A DNA stretch of 64,000 nucleotides from Octopus sinensis (GCF_006345805.1 NC_043014.1:49290001-49354000); one strand, 5' to 3'. Counted from the first letter of the stretch, positions 28,806 to 38,800 are shown. Notes: generated by a model from the sequence alone, not told the origin. A program made the numbers and translations.

Positions 28806-29627
28806 CAACAGCAGCAGTGGTAGTGGTAGTAGTAGTAGTAGTAGTAGTAAACACATCAATAATTAATAAAGTACTTATATATTTCTATTTTCAGAACACT
28901 TTCTTCCATCAGTTCGTTCCAGAACCAGTTCAAGGAAAGCTGGCCCTGTTTTAAATTCCAAGGTTAGTGAAAATGGAAATCTCGGATTTTAACAGTCGAA
29001 ATATTAAAACACAATAAAATGTCTAACTGAACTGTGCCAAAACCATCTACCATAATCATATTGATAGCTAGCAGGATCCGTGAATATTTCATGGAATTAA
29101 TGATAAACTTATTGGGTTATTTCGGAAAACTTTATCCCAAAAACCTGGAAGTGTAGCCTGTATTGTGTCTGTATCAAAAGATAGACGCTCATCTCTTTTA
29201 GTCTTTTACCGCCTTTAGTCGAACAAATCGACCCCAGGACTTATTCTTTGTAAGCCCAGTACTTATTCTATCGGTGTCTTTTGCCAAACAGCTACGTTAC
29301 GGGGACGTAAACACACCAGCATTGGTTGTCAAGCGATGTTGCGGGGACAAACAAACACAGACACACAAACACATACACACACATACATACATATATGGCG
29401 GCGAGCTGGCAGAAGCGTTAGCATGTTGGGCGAAATGGTTGGCGCTATTTCGTCTACCGTTATGTTCTGAGTTCAAATTCCGCTGAGGCCGACTTTGCCT
29501 TTTATCCTTTTGGGGTCGATTAAATAAGTACCAGTTACACAATGGGGTCGATATAATCAATTTAATCTGTGTGTCTATTCTTGTTTGTCCTCTCTGTGTT
29601 TAGCCCCTTGTGGGCAATAAAGAAATA

Positions 29628-29666
<39 letters not shown>

Positions 29667-32003
29667 CGACGGGTTTCTTTCAGTTTCCGTCTACCAAATC
29701 CACTCACTCAGCTGTAGAAGCATTGCCAGATCAGACTGGAGCCTGATGCAGCCTCCTGGCGTTCCAGTCCTCAGTCAAACCATCCAACCCATGCCACCAT
29801 GGAAAACGGACGTTAAACGATGATGGTGGTGGTGGCTATGGTGGTCGTGATAACTATGACAACCACAACGTTGTATAAAAATCGAGAATGACTCATAATA
29901 AATATTGCAATGCGTTTACATAAAAAAATTGTTACTAACAAGGAAGTAGAAAAGATCTTGACGTGCCCTGTGTGTGTACCTGTTTTGATTGGAGCTTTAG
30001 GTTCAATTGTGCAAGTAACTATTGTTGCACCTGAAATGCTCAGGCATGAAGACAAGAGCTGTGAGTGTCCCCCAAAAGGCATGGGTTCTTTTTGAGGCAG
30101 CTCGTATTCTTAGATAAGGACTTTTCCGTTTAAAGACCTTTTGTTAAAGACTGACGGTGAACATGATGAAGAAAAGAAACAACTAAGCTACGGCTGCGAT
30201 CCTACTTTAGTGGCCGAGTCTTCTCAAGCACAGCATATCTCCAAAGGTCTCAGTCTCCTGTTATTGCCTCTGTGAGGCCCAATGTTCGAAGGTCATGCTT
30301 CGCCACCTTGTCCCATGTCTTCCTGGGTCTACCTCTTCTACAGGTTCCTTCTACTGTTTGGATGTGACACTTCTTCACACGGCTGTCGTCATCCATACGT
30401 ATTTCTTTACTACCCACAAGGGGCTAAACACAGAGAGGACAGACAAGGGCAGACAAACGGATTAAGTCGATTACATCAACCCCAGTGCGTAACTGGTACT
30501 TATTTAATCGACCCTGAAAGGATGAAAGGCAAAGTCGACCTTGGCGGAATTTGAACTCAGAACGTAACGGCTGACAAAATACTGCTAAGCATTTCGCCCG
30601 GTGTGCTAACGATTCTGCCAGCTCATCCATACGTAACACATGACCATTCCAGCTCAGTCACCTCCCTTGCACACCAAATTTGATGCTTCTTATGTCCAGC
30701 ATTTCTCTCGGGGCACTCACACTCTGTCGTGTATGCACACTGACATTACACATCCAGTGGAGCATACTGGCTTCATTTCTTTCAAGCCTATGCATGTCCT
30801 CTGCATTCACAGCCCATGACTGACTGCCGTGTAGCATGGCAGTTTGCACTCATGCATCATACAGTCTACCTTTCATTCTGAGTGAGAGGCCTTTAGCTGC
30901 CAGCAGAGGTAGGAGCTCCCTGAACTTTACCCAGGCTATTCTTATTCTAGCCACTACACTCTTAGAGCAACCACCCCCACTATAGACTTGGTTGCCTAGG
31001 TAACGGAAGCTATCAACTACTTCTAGTTTTTCTCCCTGGCATGTGATGGAATCTGTTTTCTGTACATCTTCAGCCTCTGTGCATCTGCTACGCACAAAAA
31101 CTATCTTCCTTTGATATTGCTGCACCTTTTATGTCCATAGCTAACACCAGATACATCGTATGGAATTTCTACCCGTGCCTTTTCTACAGATTGAGCAGGG
31201 CCATCTACCTGAAGGGGTTTGTGATTTGTCAGCCTTCCCACTTACTAAGTCTTTACTTTTTGTTAGGTTAACCCTAAGGCCCTTCGATTCTAGACCTTGT
31301 TTCCACACCCTAAATTTTGTCTCTAGTTCTGGCAATGACTCAGCTATTAGAGCAAGGTCATCAGCATAGAGGAGCTCCCAGGGGCATCCTGTCTTGAATT
31401 CCTCTGTTATTGCCTAGAGGACTATAATGAATAAGAAGGGGCTGAGGACTGATCCTTGGTGAACCCCTACTTCTACCCAGAATTCTTCACTATACTTGTT
31501 GCCAACCCTCACCTTACTGACTTCATCCCTGTACAGGGCTTGTACAGCTCTTACCAACCACTCACCTATCTCCAGTTTCTGGATTGACCACCAGATAAGG
31601 GATTGGGGGACCCTGTCAAAGGATTTCTCCAAGTCAACAAAAGCCAAGTACGGAGATTTATCCATGTGAAATGATAAAAAAGAACTGAAAATTATTTGAG
31701 AATGATCTCATCCATACAATAAGTGCAAAAAATCGTTGTAACTGGTACGTCACACATATTGAGAAGAACATTGTGACTCTGAAATGTTTTCAGTTTTTCC
31801 TATTTTCTGTTTTTTCTTTCTTTTTTCCTTTTTCTTTTCTTTTTTTCTATCACACAACTTATCTTTGTAAATGAACAATCTGGTGTGTTTATTTTATTTT
31901 ATGGCCTTCCATTTTATATTGTGAGTTTGAGTTTCTTTGCCCTATGTGTCAGGAAGACATGCTAATGATTCTGCCAGCTCACTGCCTCAATAATAACAAC
32001 AAC

Positions 32004-32070
<67 letters not shown>

Positions 32071-32118
32071 GACATGCTAATGATTCTGCCAGCTCACTGC
32101 CTCAATAATAACAACAAC

Positions 32119-32186
<68 letters not shown>

Positions 32187-33280
32187 TGTTTTGTCTTGGT
32201 ATAAAAGATGGGCTACAGCAAATATTCTGCTCAATACCACAGATTTGCTTGTCAGTTGTTTGACCTTAACCAGTTGAGCATGTCCCTTAGTGGCTGACGA
32301 TATGTGCATCTCTGATCATGAGCAGAAGTAGTGGGGGAGCATCATAGCCATGTGTTGAGAAGGATTCTTTGGGGTTTGAATAATTCACCTCTGGAAACAT
32401 GGGTGTTTCGTTCAACGTCCTTAAACAACCCTTATTCAGGGACCTTTTGAGCGGGATGGGTTACTCGATCTGAAGAAAATTCTAACTGGGCTCCACCTGC
32501 AAGGTCATGTGCTGCTTATCTTGATATGAGATCACCATGTCGCGCACATATGGTTGTGATGCATGTGCCTGGTGTACCCTTATCAGACGGGTAGTCATGA
32601 TGGGTATACTGGGCTTCGTATATTTTACCCCAGTGTCACTTTGATGGCATGCTCTGCTCGCTCACTCAATAATAATAATAATAATAGTCCCAACTTATGG
32701 GTAGTAAGAGCTGTTCAGTGTTGGTTGACAAGTGTCTTGACAGAACTACTGGCTGGTGGCTAATCTTAAAACACGAACCTCAGTTTAGAGTGAAAATGTC
32801 TAATACAAGTGTATCAAATAATGGTGTGAACGAGGCTGGAACCAACAGTGGAGATCTTTCATCATAGTGGTGCCCTTTGGCTGAGCAGTGCAGGTCCAGT
32901 CATTAGTAAAACGAGTAAAGAGAGTTGTAATTAACCTTTTAGTGTTCAGATTACTCTATTAAATGTAATATTTTTTTACTCAAATTGGTTTGAATTAGTC
33001 ATGCATTATCTTATAGCTTTGAAGTTTCAATGATAAGATTGTTTATTTTTAGAATATCAATGTAGGTTAGGTGTGAGAGGCTAGATATCACCAGTTTGAA
33101 TATAAAACATGTAGAATATTTGGGCCGGATATGGCCAGTTTAAACACTAAAGGGTTAAGTGATCAAATTCATCTAATTTTATATCTTTTAAAGTTTGGCC
33201 TTTTTTATTATTATTATTATTATTATTTTTCTTTTTCTTTGGTAGTGCCTATTCCAAAGATAGAAAAGACTGGAAACTAA
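1691..33280 (+). CDS. HDAC10: HDAC10-like gene, 3' portion (11 coding exons) encoding a pseudo-deacetylase domain
   Basis: Exons 1691-1738, 4767-4792, 6486-6560, 7918-7986, 12667-12754, 22582-22641, 23847-23897, 25675-25758, 27087-27193, 28895-28962, 33246-33280 have AG/GT ends and compatible phases. Joined peptide: [236 protein letters not shown]. Matches class IIb HDAC motifs (GDxxY..F..++LP+AY.F.P.LV++SA; LAGG++L.LE; AC..LLGD) but lacks catalytic residues and any ZnF-UBP, favouring HDAC10 over HDAC6. Confidence 0.8.
3890..4520. repeat. Minisatellite of 11-13-bp variants (CAGCTTAGCAGTC/CTGCTTAGCAATC)
   Basis: Direct inspection. Confidence 0.9.
4767..4792 (+). CDS. HDAC10: Host gene 26-nt exon (IQNGVFVS)
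   Basis: Long polypyrimidine tract + ccag|, donor gtaagt; resembles the HDAC 'VQNG' motif. Confidence 0.75.
5262..5910 (-). mobile_element. Three head-to-tail copies of SINE family C
   Basis: Repeated 'gacctcggcggaatttgaactcagaacgtaaag..gctaagcatttcgcccgg' units. Confidence 0.82.
6486..6560 (+). CDS. HDAC10: Host gene exon (QKNAAS...QHLQR)
   Basis: tacag| ... AAG|gtaaac; phase 2-2; yields LQR-ILYVD, like HDAC 'LQRILIVDWD'. Confidence 0.7.
7918..7986 (+). CDS. HDAC10: Host gene exon ([10 protein letters not shown]...MEKG)
   Basis: gtttcag| ... GG|gtaagt; degenerate DWDVH motif. Confidence 0.8.
9173..9786. repeat. 32-bp minisatellite (ATCACAATCAGTCACAATCACAATTTTTATAA)n
   Basis: Period 32 (9181 to 9213); about 19 units. 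Confidence 0.95.
11065..11141 (+). ncRNA. Type I hammerhead ribozyme motif
   Basis: GCT-CTGAGGA-aGCTATA..TATAGCa-GAAA-CAGCTG-TA|AGC; palindromic stem III ACAGCTGT. Confidence 0.7.
11915..12326 (+). mobile_element. SINE family A (tRNA-like head, internal (TA)/(TG) microsatellite, (GAGTAAAA)n tail); representative copy
   Basis: Head GGCTGTGTGGTAAG..GGTTCAGTCC; further copies at ~1846-2265(-), 11435-11830(-), 16207-16608(+), 16940-17350(-), 34845-35347(-) and others. Confidence 0.85.
12667..12754 (+). CDS. HDAC10: Host gene exon (VLYLPVWVN...VTCDE)
   Basis: ttgcag| ... GAG|gtaagt; phase 2-0. Confidence 0.8.
13580..13925 (+). mobile_element. 3' fragment of a CR1/L2-group LINE
   Basis: Peptide [13 protein letters not shown]....[14 protein letters not shown] typical of the ORF2 C-terminus. 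Confidence 0.7.
14130..14188 (-). ncRNA. Type I hammerhead ribozyme motif (left arm of inverted repeat)
   Basis: On minus: GCAC-CTGAAGA-GACCC agaat GGGTC-GAAA-CATGAG-TT|GTAC; one mismatch in stem I. Confidence 0.75.
14225..14283 (+). ncRNA. Type I hammerhead ribozyme motif (right arm of inverted repeat)
   Basis: TTTATTG at GTAC-CTGAAGA-GACCC agaat GGGTC-GAAA-CATGTG-TT|GTAC c CAATAAA; predicted cleavage after 14271. Confidence 0.85.
17618..20494 (-). CDS. LINE ORF2p: apurinic-like endonuclease + reverse transcriptase (no AUG start; 1-nt deletion near C-terminus)
   Basis: LNARS, TETW, GDFN, LDL, SDH (APE); [33 protein letters not shown] (RT); frame open from 20494. Confidence 0.95.
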   Translation of the reverse strand, partial: KDYSNSGKLSQNNLPSSTHHHKLRAGYKLLSLNARSLCNKIHLFNAYVRSVDPDFITVTETWAHSLLCDGVFNITGYNLFRKDRTNRRGGGVMVYVRSNFLVIPCADLNESQEEVFFCDVRMTMSTLLLGVVYRPPSYHRDTQLCNVLRAAARKTATYVFIAGDFNHPEIDWETFHWPQSANDFVELVLDSNWSQVVTSPTRGDNTLDLLFTTTPEAVINCTTEEPLGDSDHAMIIANLALAGNKNLNHLQSASFDWKRADWNLYHTELQHPNWREFYNSGDVNTILQSILDSIWAACAASVPRKQKKKNRPKRAIWETSAVRLARRERRTAEREYRLHKSDTNRKKRNKSSNHLKQVTKKAVLEFEQCIAANPDSKVFWKYVHSKQRPHSPVGPLRNPHTNQITDDPKECAELIAECYANIFTVESQNVPSSPSLTANSITTMEFTPAMLRRHLQNKRNYASPGLDGVTYLLLKRGRHFLLHQLSIFFQYCLNNGATPEQWKTASVIPLFKKGDRTSPVNYRPVSLTSCIAKLMESCVRETLWNFWSSHSLIRPSQYGFVPNSSCSDQLVEFLEDITQITDSGSWVDVVYLDFAKAFNSVPHKRLMVKLSAMGVGDDLFNWLKSFILSRKEVVTVLGQHSTPYEMSSGVPQGSVLGPLLFVAYINDIDANLKNATVLKYADDIKLYLEIKRTDPDVYNSFLQSDLDTMQQWITDWQLKLAVDKCTTMHFGRKNPAFTYSLHNTDIKKSSCERDLGITVSSDLRWSKHISKIVRKAEGVLASLSRSFVSRSPAIYLKLYTAMVRPHLEFASSVWNPYLAQNIDLLESVQRRATKRIPSIRHLPYSERLVSLGMDSLKLRRLATDLVNTHKVINHLTNNNTEHLFDLHVSNTRGHAYKVRKQYSSHDFRKHFFTLRLLKHGINCLHQLLTAMTLHPLRPSCFPKSAETTPDYIYTLDEL
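20467..21681 (-). CDS. LINE ORF1p, 404 aa: PHD-like finger, polyQ tract, coiled coil, RRM-like region
   Basis: CxxC...WVECxxCx4CxxC...CxxC; QQNQPQPEQ repeats; '[19 protein letters not shown]'. Confidence 0.88.
   Translation of the reverse strand: MTRTNRIAMVKSIAACDKTGRCSKIEHCPENHTCHICTEPENTFRNRWVECGTCLISVCLQCATDFQKIPGQKKSHHNAMMDRLWKMVQLKSWTFQCQACVPPQPTIVSPPATPVEEAEQQQQQQQNQPQPEQQQQQQQQQLEQQQQQQQNQPQPEQQQQQNQPQPEQQQQQHQQQQQQQQNQPQPEQQQQQQQHQLTSAVLAELQQSICALKGEVAGIKATIQVGLHNEGSYRNALLKNLPVPVPLVAFKTADSATHEVIAIGVPEDMADLQAFAANSAKDLGCVPPTGAIRLGRPGPKPRLIKLSFTDPTEATSYHLASVKAGRENRTTFRTRPGLPSDVRPKLRVVASLNRNSALQESFSLREDGQIWRFVKTAETWKRDTSWSECSLPTITKKTTATQGN
22582..22641 (+). CDS. HDAC10: Host gene exon ([20 protein letters not shown])
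   Basis: ctttcag| ... CAG|gtcagt; strongest class II HDAC motif. Confidence 0.88.
23008..23470 (-). mobile_element. Dispersed repeat (retroposon 3' end with (AAT)n tail)
   Basis: High identity to 6800-7165 (same orientation) and 32185-32668 (opposite orientation). Confidence 0.75.
23847..23897 (+). CDS. HDAC10: Host gene exon ([17 protein letters not shown])
   Basis: tttcag| ... CTG|gtaaat; SAGFD motif degenerate as SAKLS. Confidence 0.85.
24075..24355 (+). mobile_element. SINE family B (tRNA-derived head); representative copy
   Basis: A box TGGCCTAGTGG, B box GGTTCGAATCTC; copies at ~2900-3245(-), 28325-28627(-), 57100-57300(+), 60720-61137(-). Confidence 0.85.
24666..24974 (+). mobile_element. 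Non-autonomous Helentron/DINE-like element
   Basis: Starts ACTAGCAGTATCGCCCGGCGTTGCTCGGGT; sub-terminal inverted repeat TTGCTCGGGTT/AACCCGAGCAA; ends ttttatatataaagat; no TSD. Confidence 0.65.
25675..25758 (+). CDS. HDAC10: Host gene exon ([28 protein letters not shown])
   Basis: ctttag| ... GAG|gtaaga; matches HDAC 'Y.HL.HLL..LAGG+++L.LE'. Confidence 0.87.
26090..26845. repeat. Long compound (ATGT/ATAC/ATAT)n microsatellite; similar tracts at 9990-10660, 12785-13090, 53880-54225, 54540-54975
   Basis: Direct inspection; source of many spurious ORFs. Confidence 0.95.
27087..27193 (+). CDS. HDAC10: Host gene exon (DGQC...ACTLALLGD...HEVNS)
   Basis: aaaag| ... CAG|gtaagt; 'ACTLALLGD' matches HDAC 'AC..SLLGD'. 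Confidence 0.83.
28895..28962 (+). CDS. HDAC10: Host gene exon ([22 protein letters not shown])
   Basis: ttttcag| ... AAG|gttagt; C-terminal helix with conserved W of the HDAC fold. Confidence 0.82.
30225..31666 (-). mobile_element. Decayed RTE-clade LINE fragment (RT and C-terminus), interrupted by a SINE
   Basis: [57 protein letters not shown]; multiple stops and frameshifts. Confidence 0.9.
30402..30624 (-). mobile_element. tRNA-head SINE inserted in the RTE fragment with an 11-bp TSD
   Basis: ATCCATACGTA at 30391-30401 and 30625-30635. Confidence 0.88.
32935..33154. mobile_element. piggyBac-like MITE
   Basis: TTAA|CCTTTTAGTGTT ... AACACTAAAGGG|TTAA (TIR plus TTAA TSD). Confidence 0.7.
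33246..33280 (+). CDS. HDAC10: Host gene last coding segment ([11 protein letters not shown])
   Basis: Polypyrimidine tract + ggtag|; phase 1; TAA at 33278-33280; donor gtaagt at 33301. Confidence 0.6.
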
Positions 33281-33610
33281 AATACACCAAAGACATCATG
33301 GTAAGTTACAGAAATCTCCTTTGAGTCAATCTTTAATCAATCTTAAATTAACAATAATTAAATCAATAATTGTCATTTAGTATTTCAATCTTTTTTCTCT
33401 TTTCTCTTTTTGTAGGACTAAGAAAATTCTTCAGATATTTGCTCCGCTGCTTGTGTTTTATTCTCTGGAAATGGTATATGAACATCATATATATATATTT
33501 GCATTGCAATTAAAAATATTTATGTATTAAGAATCTGGGTACTGTACCAACAGTCTATTGGATAAATGCTATCCCATAGTGGGTTACACCCATAACCCCT
33601 ATCTTACTTT

Positions 33611-33662
<52 letters not shown>

Positions 33663-33683
33663 CACATATATATATATATATAC

Positions 33684-33729
<46 letters not shown>

Positions 33730-34234
33730 TACACATACATATATATATGTTTGTATCTTCACAGCTCCTGCTGATTATTCTGTCCCCGCCTCTATTAAAT
33801 GTGTTGATTACCTATGCAGTTCTTTTACAAGAACCTGCTCTGTTCTTCTTTTATTATACTCTAGCCCCCCCCCCCCATCTCCTACCTTAAAAACAATCTT
33901 TTTGGGATTCATAGTCTCTTAAGTCACATGCCAAACTCACTAGTGTTGGTGCCATAAAAGAGAAACAACAACCCAGTAGATGTTGTGAATTAGTTGGCAT
34001 TAGGAAAGGCATCCAGCTATGGAAACTGTGCCAAAGTGGAGCACAGTGCAAAAGAAAAAAATTCTAATGCTAAATATGCTGAAAATAGACACATTGCCAA
34101 TAACCATATAATTCATCACGCATCTCAAAGAAAGCCGGCAAATTTCTAAAACATTCCGTTATTATCAATTTAACTTTTAAAGGTATTTTTTAACTTGCTG
34201 GCCATTGATAGAATTTTTTTTGAAAAATTTTATC

Positions 34235-34288
<54 letters not shown>

Positions 34289-35057
34289 ATGTGTGTGTGT
34301 CCTTTATTTTATTTGTGGGTTAACAAGGCAAACAATGGCTTCATGTGAAGAGATCTTCACAATTGTTCAAGCGTACCACATGTGTGTTGGTACAATTCTC
34401 CCGTTTGGAGATGAGTATCAACACTTCCTTCTGTCATGATTCAACAATTGTGAAGAGAGCTGCGCATGAAACCATTGGATGCTTTGTTAATCCACAAATA
34501 AACAATATAAGAATATCTATCCACCAATGCGGTGTGAGCATTCATTGTCACTATTTGGTATTAACATATACACATACATAGATACACACACACACACATA
34601 TAAATTGATCAACAGTTAGGAATTCACTGCATTGTTACAAGGTATTTCATACATGAAAATTACATGTAATTGACCAGTTAGTATTATGAATGAGGATTGG
34701 TGATGGTGATATTTGCATACTTCAGAAAAGGGCCATATTGAGTAACATCATAAATGAAGCTGCTGCCTTTGCCTAACTGAGAAGTTCTATATATAATGAA
34801 GCAACCGGTGCTAATTCATACACACACACACATATACTCTCTTTTACTCTTTTACTTATTTCAGTCATTTGACTGCGGCCATGCTGGAGCACCGCCTTTA
34901 ATCGAGCAACTCGACCCCGGGACTTATTCTTTTCTAAGCCCAGTACTTATTCTATCGGTCTCTTTTGCCAAACCGCTAAGTAACGGGGACATAAACACAC
35001 CAGCATCGGCTGTCAAGCAATGCTAGGGGGACAAACACAGACACACAAATACACACA

Positions 35058-35099
<42 letters not shown>

Positions 35100-35648
35100 T
35101 GATTGATTCTAGTTTCAGCTCATGAGCTGTGGCCATGCTGGGGCACCGCCATTTATATATATATATATATATATATACATATATACGACGGGCTTCTTTT
35201 AGTTTCCGTCTACCAAATCCACTCACAAGGCTTTGGTTGGCGCGAGGCTATAGTAGAAGACACTTGCCCAAGGTGCCACGCAGTGGGACTGAACCCGGAA
35301 CCATGTGGTTGGTGAACAAGCTACTTACCACACAGCCACTCCTGCGCTATATGTATATATAAATAATAATAATTTTTGATTTAAGAAAATCATTTTCAAA
35401 TATATTGTGATTGTATCAAGAAACTTTTTAAAAATTTTCTTTTTAATTCTATATATATGTATATATGTATGTATATATATATGTGTGTATATATATATAT
35501 ATGCAGAAATAATTAAGATTCAGTTGAATTAGGTACTTAAGTTGAGGTACCAAGTCAGTCCGGTATTGTATGCACAGCTTGAAGTTAGGTGAATAAAAAG
35601 CAAAGAAGTAACAAGGATGTCCAGGTATATATAAATATATATATATAT

Positions 35649-35728
35649 ACTCTGATGCTGCTATAGGGTGATACTCAGGCAATCAACTACGAGTGCATTG
35701 CATCTTATAGCTGAAACAGCTGTAAGCT
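35649..35728 (+). ncRNA. Degenerate copy of the 11.1-kb hammerhead family
   Basis: CTGATGC (A9 altered), GCTATA..TATAGCT, GAAACAGCTGTA|AG. Confidence 0.5.
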
Positions 35729-36468
35729 CATGACGTTCATAACATAATTGTTTATTCCTTTGTCATTCTAATTTCTTATCTATATATATATAAATATATA
35801 TGTGTGTGTGTGTGTGTATTTAAATATGAATTAGAAGTAACTCGGGGTATATAGACAAAATCAAACAGAGAGAGAGAGAGTGTACCACTTACACATACAT
35901 AAGAACACACGTTCACTCACTCACACTCTCTCTCATACACACACACACACACACATACATGCACATGTACATACAAAATAGATGTACACATATGTATTGA
36001 TGTATATACACATATGACAACACACCTATTCACTTACTCTCTCTCTTCTTCTCTCTCTTCCTCTCTCTCTTTCGCACACACATGTCCATTTCATTTACAC
36101 ATACATACATCTTATTTCTTTATTATATATATATGACTCAGTGGTTAGAGCATCAGGTGCACAATCATGAGGTAGTGAGTTCAGTTCCTGGACCAGGCTG
36201 TGTCATGTGTTCTTCAATGAGGCACTTTATTTCACGTTGCTCCAGTTCACTCAGCTGTAGAAATGAGTTGCGACATCACTGGTGCCAAGCTGCATTGGCC
36301 CCTTTTGCCTTTCCCTTGGATAACACTGGTGGTGTGGAGAGGGAAGGCTGGTATGCATGGGTGACTTCTGGTCTTCCATAAACAACCTTGCCCGGACTTG
36401 TGCCTCAGAGGGTAACTTTCTAGGAGCAATCCCATGGTCAGTCATGACCAAAGGGGGACTTTATATAA

Positions 36469-36502
<34 letters not shown>

Positions 36503-36648
36503 CATGGAAAGCAGATGTTAAACGATGATGATGATGATGATATATATATATATACACATTTATATAAAATCCCCCTTTGGTCATGAATGACCATGGGATT
36601 GCACATACATATACATTTACATACTTACACATACGTACATACATACAT

Positions 36649-36704
<56 letters not shown>

Positions 36705-36929
36705 GCATGGCTATGTGGTTAGGGAGTTTGCTTCCTAGCTACATGGTTTCGGGTTCAGTCCCACTGCGTGGCACTTTGGGTAGTTGTCTTCTGCTATAGC
36801 CCCGAGCCAACCAGAGCTTTGTGATTGAATTTGGCAGGCAGAAGTTACTGCCGTGTGTGTATATGTGCGTGTAGGTGCTTGTGCCTCTCCGAAAGAGAGA
36901 GAGGGGATATATATTTATTTTATAGAAGG

Positions 36930-36972
36930 AGCTTCTACAACTGTTTCATTCAGATGAAATCTTCAGGAAGCT
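36930..36972 (-). ncRNA. Minimal type I hammerhead in the inverted PLE pLTR
   Basis: On minus: AGCTTC-CTGAAGA-t TTC atct GAA t-GAAA-CAGTTG-TA|GAAGCT. Confidence 0.75.
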
Positions 36973-37052
36973 GGCTGTCAAAATAAGTTCTGGTATTTAT
37001 GCTTTTAGGCAGATTTAATGGAGTGGTGGTGGCAGGGGGGACGTTTTGGGGT

Positions 37053-38800
37053 ACCTACAACAGACTAGCTGATAACGCCATCACAGCTAAGTACAAAAAA
37101 GTTGATGACACGGCTTTAACTGAAACTAACTTAACCGGGAAGAAGATCGCCACTTCCCTTAAACTGGATGACCGAACAGAACCTCTGAGGGTGAAGTCCC
37201 CACACTTCACCCTGAAAGACCGCAAAAACAATTTTGACGATAAACCATCGGTCCAACTGATTAACCCAACCATGTCTGACATTGGATCCGTCAGCAAGAA
37301 GATCCTGGACAGGATTTTACCTAAAATACGTGAAGCCTCACCCCTTCCACTCTGGAATTGGACTTCCGAGGCAATAACTTTGTTCCGGGATTTACCTGAC
37401 AAGTGCAACACCCGCTTCCTACAATTGGATATCGAGGAATATTACGCCTCTATATCGGAGAGCCTGCTGATTGACGCGATTAACTTCGCTAGGACCTTCT
37501 CCACCATCACCGAAGCCGAGCAGGATGTGATCCTCCATGCACATAAGACCTTTCTTTACCATGATGGATCCCACTGGATCAACAAAAAATCCGAGACCCC
37601 CTTCGACGTCAGCATGGGTGCTAGCGACTCAGCTGAAATAAGTGACCTTGTGGGCCTATTCATCCTCCATAGGTTGAAGACCCTATTCACAGGCCTCTCC
37701 GGTGGTCTCTACCGCGATGATGGCCTTTTTGCCCTCCACAAAATAAACCTCAGGACCACGGATGGGTTCCGGAAAAACCTTTACACTTTTTTTAAAAACT
37801 TAGGCCTTAGGATTACCTTAGATTCGAACTTAACCAAAGCTAACTTCCTTGACGTTACCCTCGATTTAGAAACCTCCCTTTATTACCCGTACCATAAACC
37901 TAATGAGTCCCTTAGATACATAGACATTAATTCTAACCACCCCAAAAATATATTAGGCAACCTAGTGAAAAGTGTCTCCATTAGGATATCTAGCCTCTCT
38001 GCCACCGAGGATATCTTTAATACCGCAGCCCCCTATTACAACGAGGCCCTGGCCCGCAGTGGCTTTAGAGATAAGATCACCTACATTAGCATTGCCCCAC
38101 GCCCACCCAAGAATAATAGGCGAAGACACATTAGCTGGTACAACCCCCCCTTCAACCGTGAAGTCTCAACACCTGTAGCTAAAATTTTCTTCACTCTCTT
38201 ACAAAAACACTTCCCCACCCAACATAAGTACTATACAATCCTTAATAAGAACACCATTAGACTCTCCTACTCCACCACACCCAATCTAGCTAGGAACCTA
38301 GCCAACAATAACGTCAAAAAACTTAATAAATCTACCTTTTCCGAAGCCCATCCAGCATCCGACAACAACTGCAATTGCAACTGCCCTGATAAGACTACTT
38401 GCCCCCTCAACAAAAACTGCCTACAGAAAGATCTCGTCTACATATGCGATGTACGATCAGGCCCCGATGATAAAAGAAAATCGTACATCGGAATGACCTC
38501 AAATAGTTTTAAGACTCGCTGGTACGCCCACATACATTCGTTCCAGCGACCTGACAAATCTAACCAGACTACTCTTGCCGCCCATATCTGGCACCTTAAA
38601 AGGAACTCCATCCCCTTCAAGATCAAGTGGAGACTACTCCAGTGAGCATGTTCTTACACGGGAGGCCATACTTGCTGTGACCTTTGCATTTCTGAGAGCT
38701 TGGAGATCTTATCCGCCAAAGGCCCTCTCCTCAACAAGATCTCGGAACACTCCCCAAACTGTATGCACAAAATCTATGCAAACTACAAAAATTACAGACC
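37053..38800 (+). pseudogene. PLE RT + C-terminal GIY-YIG endonuclease; N-terminally truncated, in-frame TGA at 38643-38645
   Basis: LDIEEYY, MGASDS, YRDDGL, NFLDVTL, LYYPYHKP, CNCNC..CPL..CL, YIC...YIGMT..FKTR..H; reading continues in frame after TGA: ACSY...CDLCISE...LLNKISEH..CMH. Confidence 0.9.

Noticed and set aside
38643-38645. In-frame TGA in the PLE ORF as possible selenocysteine (reported for some Naiad PLEs)
   Set aside because: The position precedes 'A..Y', where I expect a basic residue rather than Cys; CGA-to-TGA decay is simpler; no SECIS was recognised; and the endonuclease here is C-terminal, unlike Naiads.
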